DNA of 64,000 nt, taken from a bacterium. Lineage in GTDB: Bacteria; Zhuqueibacterota; Zhuqueibacteria; Residuimicrobiales; Krinioviventaceae. The translations under genes and the position numbers were made by a program. The notes below the pieces were generated by a model. The model was not told where the DNA came from and ran no database searches. It worked only from the letters and a program-made list of their open reading frames with translations. Position 1 is the stretch's first letter, and the number at the start of each line of letters is the position of its first letter. Of the stretch, positions 59,183-64,000 are shown piece after piece. The stretch lies in assembly GCA_963675755.2 (NCBI GenBank), contig CAXXMD010000003.1, positions 256,001-320,000 of the forward strand. Direction: 5' to 3'.

Positions 59183-60834
59183 AAACTGTTTTCCTTTAAT
59201 TGTCGTTTCATCACTTTGCCCAGAAAATTACGTGGAAACCTTTCAACAAATTCAAATGAACGCGGTACTTTATATTTTGCCAATCGTTCCCGGCAATATG
59301 CTTCCAGTTCCTTTTTATCAGGTTTTTCTGCGTCCTTTAAAACCAAAAACGCCTTTACTACCTGACCGTAATAATCGTCTTCAACACCCACTACAGCGGC
59401 TTCTTTAACCTGTGGATGGTCACTCAAGACCATCTCAATTTCTGCAGGATAAATACTTTCTCCACCATAAAATATAATATCTTTTTTGCGGTCTGCAATA
59501 CAAAAAAATCCATCCGGATCAATACTTGCTAAATCTCCGGTTTTTAACCACCCATCAACCATCTTTACATGGTTTGTCTCCTCAGGACTTTGCCAATATT
59601 CTAACATAACCTGGGGACCTTTGACTTCAAGCTCTCCAATTTCACCCGCAGGCAATTCTTTACCACTTTCAACATCGACTATACGGGCATCAGTATTAGG
59701 CCAGGGTATACCAATACTTTTTTCTTTCCGCTTCCCATAAACAGGGTTACAGTGCGTAATGGGAGAAGCCTCGGTTAAACCATAACCTTCAATCAACTTG
59801 GCGCCGGTCAACGCTTCAAACTCTTGCTGAATCTTTAGCGGCAAGGGTGCACCACCACTTATACATACCCTAACAGGTAATGATTTTATTTCTCTACGTT
59901 TCAGTTCTTCTATCATTGCTGAATACATTGTTGGTACTCCTGGAAAAATACCAACTTTGTATTTAATTATATCGTCAAGAATCCGTTTCACGTTATAACG
60001 AGGATATAACAACAAAACAGATTGTGTTTGAACAGCCAAATGATGACAAGCTGTCATACCGTAACTATGTATCAAGGGCAAAGCACCTACAATTACTTCT
60101 TTGCTCACCTGAAAATCAGTAATCCAATAACGCGCTTGCAAAGCGTTGGCCACCAGATTACGGTGTGTCAAAACAGCAGCCTTGGGCGTGCCGGTTACAC
60201 CTCCGGTAAAAATCAAAACCGCAGGGTCTTGCGGCGAGATTGCTTCCGGCTCAAGGTCTTTATGTTCGTTTAAAAGTTCACGAAACAGCAAAACAGGCAG
60301 CTTTTTATAAGTCTCTTTTTGCTCATTCACAAACTGTTTTTTAATTTGAAACGCCACATTCATGAAAAATGGCATATATGTCTCTAAACCAGCTGCAATA
60401 ATATATTTCAAGCGACTTTTGCTAAATATTTCATCAATTTTATTCAACTGCCTGTCAAGAACAATAGCAATATCCGCTCCACTTGTTTGTACCTGGTGTA
60501 AAAGTTCCCGCGGGGTCAATAATGGATTTACAAGAACACATATTGCGCCCAATTTCAATACAGCCCAATATGCAATTACAAATTGTGGTATATTGGGTAA
60601 AGCCAGTACAACACGGTCCCCTTTTTTGACTCCAACAGACAATAAACCCAAAGCAAACCTATCCACCAAATTCTGCAGATGTAAATAGCTGATATGCTTG
60701 CCAAAATATGCAAGCGCGGTCTGTTCAGGTGCCAACCTTGTCGCATCTACCAGAAAGCGATTCAATGTTATATCCGGGATTTCCAAAGTCTTGGGTACAC
60801 CGGACTCATAATTTTTAAACCAGACTTTATCCAT
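59179..60834 (-). CDS. fadD: Long-chain fatty-acid--CoA ligase
   Basis: FTGGVTGTPKA, EGYGLTEASP, LKTGDL, DRKKD, YPAEIE. Confidence 0.88.
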   Translation of the reverse strand: MDKVWFKNYESGVPKTLEIPDITLNRFLVDATRLAPEQTALAYFGKHISYLHLQNLVDRFALGLLSVGVKKGDRVVLALPNIPQFVIAYWAVLKLGAICVLVNPLLTPRELLHQVQTSGADIAIVLDRQLNKIDEIFSKSRLKYIIAAGLETYMPFFMNVAFQIKKQFVNEQKETYKKLPVLLFRELLNEHKDLEPEAISPQDPAVLIFTGGVTGTPKAAVLTHRNLVANALQARYWITDFQVSKEVIVGALPLIHSYGMTACHHLAVQTQSVLLLYPRYNVKRILDDIIKYKVGIFPGVPTMYSAMIEELKRREIKSLPVRVCISGGAPLPLKIQQEFEALTGAKLIEGYGLTEASPITHCNPVYGKRKEKSIGIPWPNTDARIVDVESGKELPAGEIGELEVKGPQVMLEYWQSPEETNHVKMVDGWLKTGDLASIDPDGFFCIADRKKDIIFYGGESIYPAEIEMVLSDHPQVKEAAVVGVEDDYYGQVVKAFLVLKDAEKPDKKELEAYCRERLAKYKVPRSFEFVERFPRNFLGKVMKRQLKENSF

Positions 60835-60909
60835 GAATTCAGCAAATATTATGAAACGGATTCATTTTATAATTTTTTAAATATAAAATATTTTTTTGAT
60901 AAAAACAAC

Positions 60910-62433
60910 TCAGATAAAAGATTCGGGACCCTGTTGTAATACGGTAACATAGATACCTTTAGTACCAACTAACGGACATTTGTTCTCACAAATTCCACAG
61001 CCAGTGCATAAATCCTGATTTACATAAGGAAATTTTACTGTCGCCAGACTACCATCAGGTTTTTCAACCTCTTTAATATCGAACTTGATCGCTTTCTCGG
61101 GCAAGGGACAATGTTCTTCGCATACCAGGCAATCTTTGAGATTGTACCAGGGTATACAAATATCCTTGTTAAAATATGCGGTTCCCATCTTTATCTTTTG
61201 TTTTTCTTTTAACGATAGATTTTGTATAGCACCAGTTGGGCAAATCTTCCCGCAAAGATTACAACTAAATTCACAATACCCGGATGAAAAATCCAATACA
61301 GGGGACCAAAACCCTTCAATCCCAGCCTTTAAAACGGCTGGCTGCAAACATCCGCCAGTCGAAGAACAAATTTTCACACATTCCTGGCATCGGATGCACC
61401 GATCGAGAAAATCCTGTTCATCCAGCGAACCAGGGGGTCTTAAAGGGGCATTACCTGAAACTGCCTGTCGGGTAGTGCTGAGCACAATGGCGCCCACAAC
61501 TCCCGTTGTACCGGCTTGTAAAAAATGGCGTTTGCTCAAATCAATTTTATTATTATCATTGGGTTTGGAAAAACGAAACGATATTGATCCCGGTTTACAA
61601 GTATCCACACAATCAGCACACTCGATACACTCTACAACATGACTCGAGTAATCATCTTCAATTGCATTCATTTTGCAAAGCGACAAACATTTTCCGCACT
61701 GGTTACAGGTTGAATCAACGTAACGATTTAAAATCCGGAATTTTGAAAAAAGACCAAGCAACGCTCCCAGGGGACAAATATTCCGGCACCAGAAACGTTT
61801 ACTAATTATTGTGGCAATAAGGATTAATAAGAATAATAAAAGCACTAAAATACTGGAATTAAATGTCGGCTGTCGAAGAGGTAAAACAGATTGCTGTAAC
61901 AAATCATAGGTCCAATATACCGGTTCGTCCAAAAACCCAACTCTGAATAGTATGTTAAACAATCCATTCACCACCCAAACGAATGCCGGAAAAACCGTCA
62001 AAGTAAACGTTCGGGTAAGCAAAGCAATAGGATCAAAAAACCATACAAATTGAACTGAAAATAAAGATGCCAATAATATAAAAATTAAAATATAAAATTT
62101 TAAATTACGGAGCTTTTTATCTCTAAATGAATTTGAAATGTTTCTTTTTTTTACAAAATATTTATCATTTATATCTATCAGAGTGCCCAGGGGACAAATC
62201 CAACCGCAAAAAAACCTGCCAAATGGGATTGTTAACAAGAGTATAAATATCCCTGGTAATAGCAATAATCCCAGGGAGCGTGATGATAAAGCAGTTACCA
62301 ATCCTATCAATGGATCAAAACGTAAAAACAGATCAGAAGGGACCCGTGTCCCATAAGGAAAACGGGCAAGAAAAAACAAGCCGAGAAAAAATAGCAAAAA
62401 CAGGATTTGAGAGATTCTGCGAAATCGTTTCAA
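60910..62433 (-). CDS. Membrane polyferredoxin: NapH/MauN-like plus NapG/MauM-like fusion
   Basis: GRFFCGWICPLG, RFWCRNICPLG, CxxCxxC motifs, LRPPGS...CIRCQECVKIC. Confidence 0.85.
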   Translation of the reverse strand: MKRFRRISQILFLLFFLGLFFLARFPYGTRVPSDLFLRFDPLIGLVTALSSRSLGLLLLPGIFILLLTIPFGRFFCGWICPLGTLIDINDKYFVKKRNISNSFRDKKLRNLKFYILIFILLASLFSVQFVWFFDPIALLTRTFTLTVFPAFVWVVNGLFNILFRVGFLDEPVYWTYDLLQQSVLPLRQPTFNSSILVLLLFLLILIATIISKRFWCRNICPLGALLGLFSKFRILNRYVDSTCNQCGKCLSLCKMNAIEDDYSSHVVECIECADCVDTCKPGSISFRFSKPNDNNKIDLSKRHFLQAGTTGVVGAIVLSTTRQAVSGNAPLRPPGSLDEQDFLDRCIRCQECVKICSSTGGCLQPAVLKAGIEGFWSPVLDFSSGYCEFSCNLCGKICPTGAIQNLSLKEKQKIKMGTAYFNKDICIPWYNLKDCLVCEEHCPLPEKAIKFDIKEVEKPDGSLATVKFPYVNQDLCTGCGICENKCPLVGTKGIYVTVLQQGPESFI

Positions 62434-62463
62434 GCGAAAATTCCAAAAGATTATATTATTGAA

Positions 62464-63381
62464 TTATGCAGATAAATCGATCGAACGAATATTTAATTTT
62501 TCAAGATCAGCCACACCCAACCCGCGAGAAGCAGCATTTTGTAAATATTCCAGTTCCTGTGGGTGAATTCCAAACAAATCAGCAGCACAAGCGTCAGCAG
62601 CCACACGGTCAGCGGATACTATCACTGTTTTCTTTTCTTCAACATCATTAATATTACCACCTGAAGGACCATTTCGCAACAGAACCCGGTAAGCATCTAT
62701 AATAGTAAGGGTAGTATGTATTCCTGTATTCACATCAACAATCGCGGTATGAAAATCGCGGTGTAATTGTCCTCGGTCACCACCCAAAACACCCATAATA
62801 TTTTTCATACCCAAAGTTAATCTGGAAACCGTATGATCTTTGGCTATGGGTATATTGATTAAAACATCAAAATCCAATACATCTTTATAAACAGGCCATT
62901 TTTTTATTAATACACCCTGGGGCAAATCCACATCAATAAAACGGCTGTCAACAACATGGCGAACCTGTGCACCTGCATCTTTGGCGGCTTTTTCAATACC
63001 GCTATTTAGATAGCATCGCTTTGGTTCATTGCAGGTACGATCCAAAACCCTTATCCGCTTAGCACCTTGTTCTTTACACATTTTAACAACCTGGGCAACA
63101 ATTTCAGGATTTGTATTGGCAGCCTGTTCGGGTAAACGGTCCCACCCAATATTGGGCTTAATCAATACAGATTGTCCTTTTTTAACAAAGCTCTGCATTC
63201 CCCCAAGATTATCAATAGCATGTTTTACAAGTGTGGCTGGATTGGCATTTTGCGTTATTACAACATGAGGAAATGATTGGTTATCAGACTGACCCGCAGC
63301 TAGGGCATAAACTCCCAACCCTGTTATTGTAGCAGTTTTTATAAAATGTCTACGGTCTAATTCCTGCAAAACAGACCTCAT
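62464..63381 (-). CDS. DUF362-domain protein with a Tat-like signal
   Basis: DRRHFIK, VLIKPNIGWDR, INIPIAKDH, LGMKNIMG, DRVAAD. Confidence 0.88.
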   Translation of the reverse strand: MRSVLQELDRRHFIKTATITGLGVYALAAGQSDNQSFPHVVITQNANPATLVKHAIDNLGGMQSFVKKGQSVLIKPNIGWDRLPEQAANTNPEIVAQVVKMCKEQGAKRIRVLDRTCNEPKRCYLNSGIEKAAKDAGAQVRHVVDSRFIDVDLPQGVLIKKWPVYKDVLDFDVLINIPIAKDHTVSRLTLGMKNIMGVLGGDRGQLHRDFHTAIVDVNTGIHTTLTIIDAYRVLLRNGPSGGNINDVEEKKTVIVSADRVAADACAADLFGIHPQELEYLQNAASRGLGVADLEKLNIRSIDLSA

Positions 63382-63395
63382 TTTTGATTAAAAAC

Positions 63396-63421
63396 AAAAA
63401 AGGCCCGCAAGAGCGGGCCTT
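63396..63421 (-). terminator. Intrinsic terminator after the TPR gene
   Basis: AAGGCCCGC / GCGGGCCTT stem plus U-tract. Confidence 0.8.
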
Positions 63422-63427
63422 GAAATT

Positions 63428-64000
63428 TTATAAACCTTTTTCAATCAACTCTAGCTCATATTGAGCACTCTTGCGCCAACGGCTATCCCGTTCAGCAGCC
63501 TGAAAGAACTGCTTGGCTTGCGCAATATCACCAAGAGCTTTACTGGCAACACCTGCTTCGTAATTGGCACCACCCTTATAATTTGCAGGTTTTACCAAAC
63601 AAGCTTTTGCTGCTGCAAGTGCTTCTGTATAATTACCTTGTTTATTATAAGCAGTAGCAAGTTGAAAATTTGTACGTGCATCATCCGCTTTAACAGCTAG
63701 AGCATTTTGTAATGCCATAATAGCATCATCAAGTTTACCCATTTCAATAAAAGTTTCACCCATCTGGGTAAATGCTTTAATGTAATTTGGTTTTACCTGA
63801 GTTGCCATTCTTAAATATTTGATGGCTTCTTCAAAAGATTTGGTCTTGTTGTAAACAAGTGCAAGATTGTACATTGAAGATTCGCTTTGTGGATTAAGTT
63901 CAATAGATTTTTTATAAGCTTCTATCGATTTATCAAATTGACGCAAGCGATTATAGGCGTTACCCATTGCAGCATAAGCCATATCATAACTTGGATCAAT
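63428..64000 (-). CDS. TPR-repeat protein, 3' part (runs off the window)
   Basis: Tandem TPRs (AMGNAY, YNLALVY); frame open to 64000. Confidence 0.85.
   Translation of the reverse strand: MDPSYDMAYAAMGNAYNRLRQFDKSIEAYKKSIELNPQSESSMYNLALVYNKTKSFEEAIKYLRMATQVKPNYIKAFTQMGETFIEMGKLDDAIMALQNALAVKADDARTNFQLATAYNKQGNYTEALAAAKACLVKPANYKGGANYEAGVASKALGDIAQAKQFFQAAERDSRWRKSAQYELELIEKGL

Overview
AT-rich bacterial chromosomal segment. The gene repertoire (Bat operon, TonB proteins, sulfatase, beta-barrels) suggests a diderm FCB-type anaerobe such as KSB1 or Calditrichota; this taxonomy is inferred, not shown. Most genes lie on the minus strand, including an unbroken run from about 28.6 kb to 64 kb. Left to right: a Tat sulfatase; pth; a six-gene mevalonate operon (hmgR-idi2-hmgS-mvk-pmk-mvaD) plus a PAP2 phosphatase; a ceramide-synthase-like GNAT; rpsT; guaB with a structured leader; a lytic transglycosylase; a two-subunit fumarase; an sdhA-C-D-B operon; a divergent GlnE-like double nucleotidyltransferase; an ECF sigma/OsmC/TlpA group; tRNA-Asn; an outer-membrane cluster (three barrels, two TonB, two Ser-rich lipoproteins, one with CxxCH); an expanded MoxR/Bat operon; a heat-shock cluster (grpE-dnaJ-degP-fmdB-dnaK-clpB); an acyl-CoA ligase/STAS-kinase/small-membrane-protein operon; and a DUF362/Fe-S pair. 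The strongest non-obvious signal is that grpE and dnaK both have sigma54 -24/-12 promoters and share a 20-bp upstream element (19/20 identical), pointing to a sigma54 enhancer-controlled heat-shock regulon. I saw no CRISPR array, transposase, integrase or rRNA. All calls come from motif recognition by eye; no database search was run.
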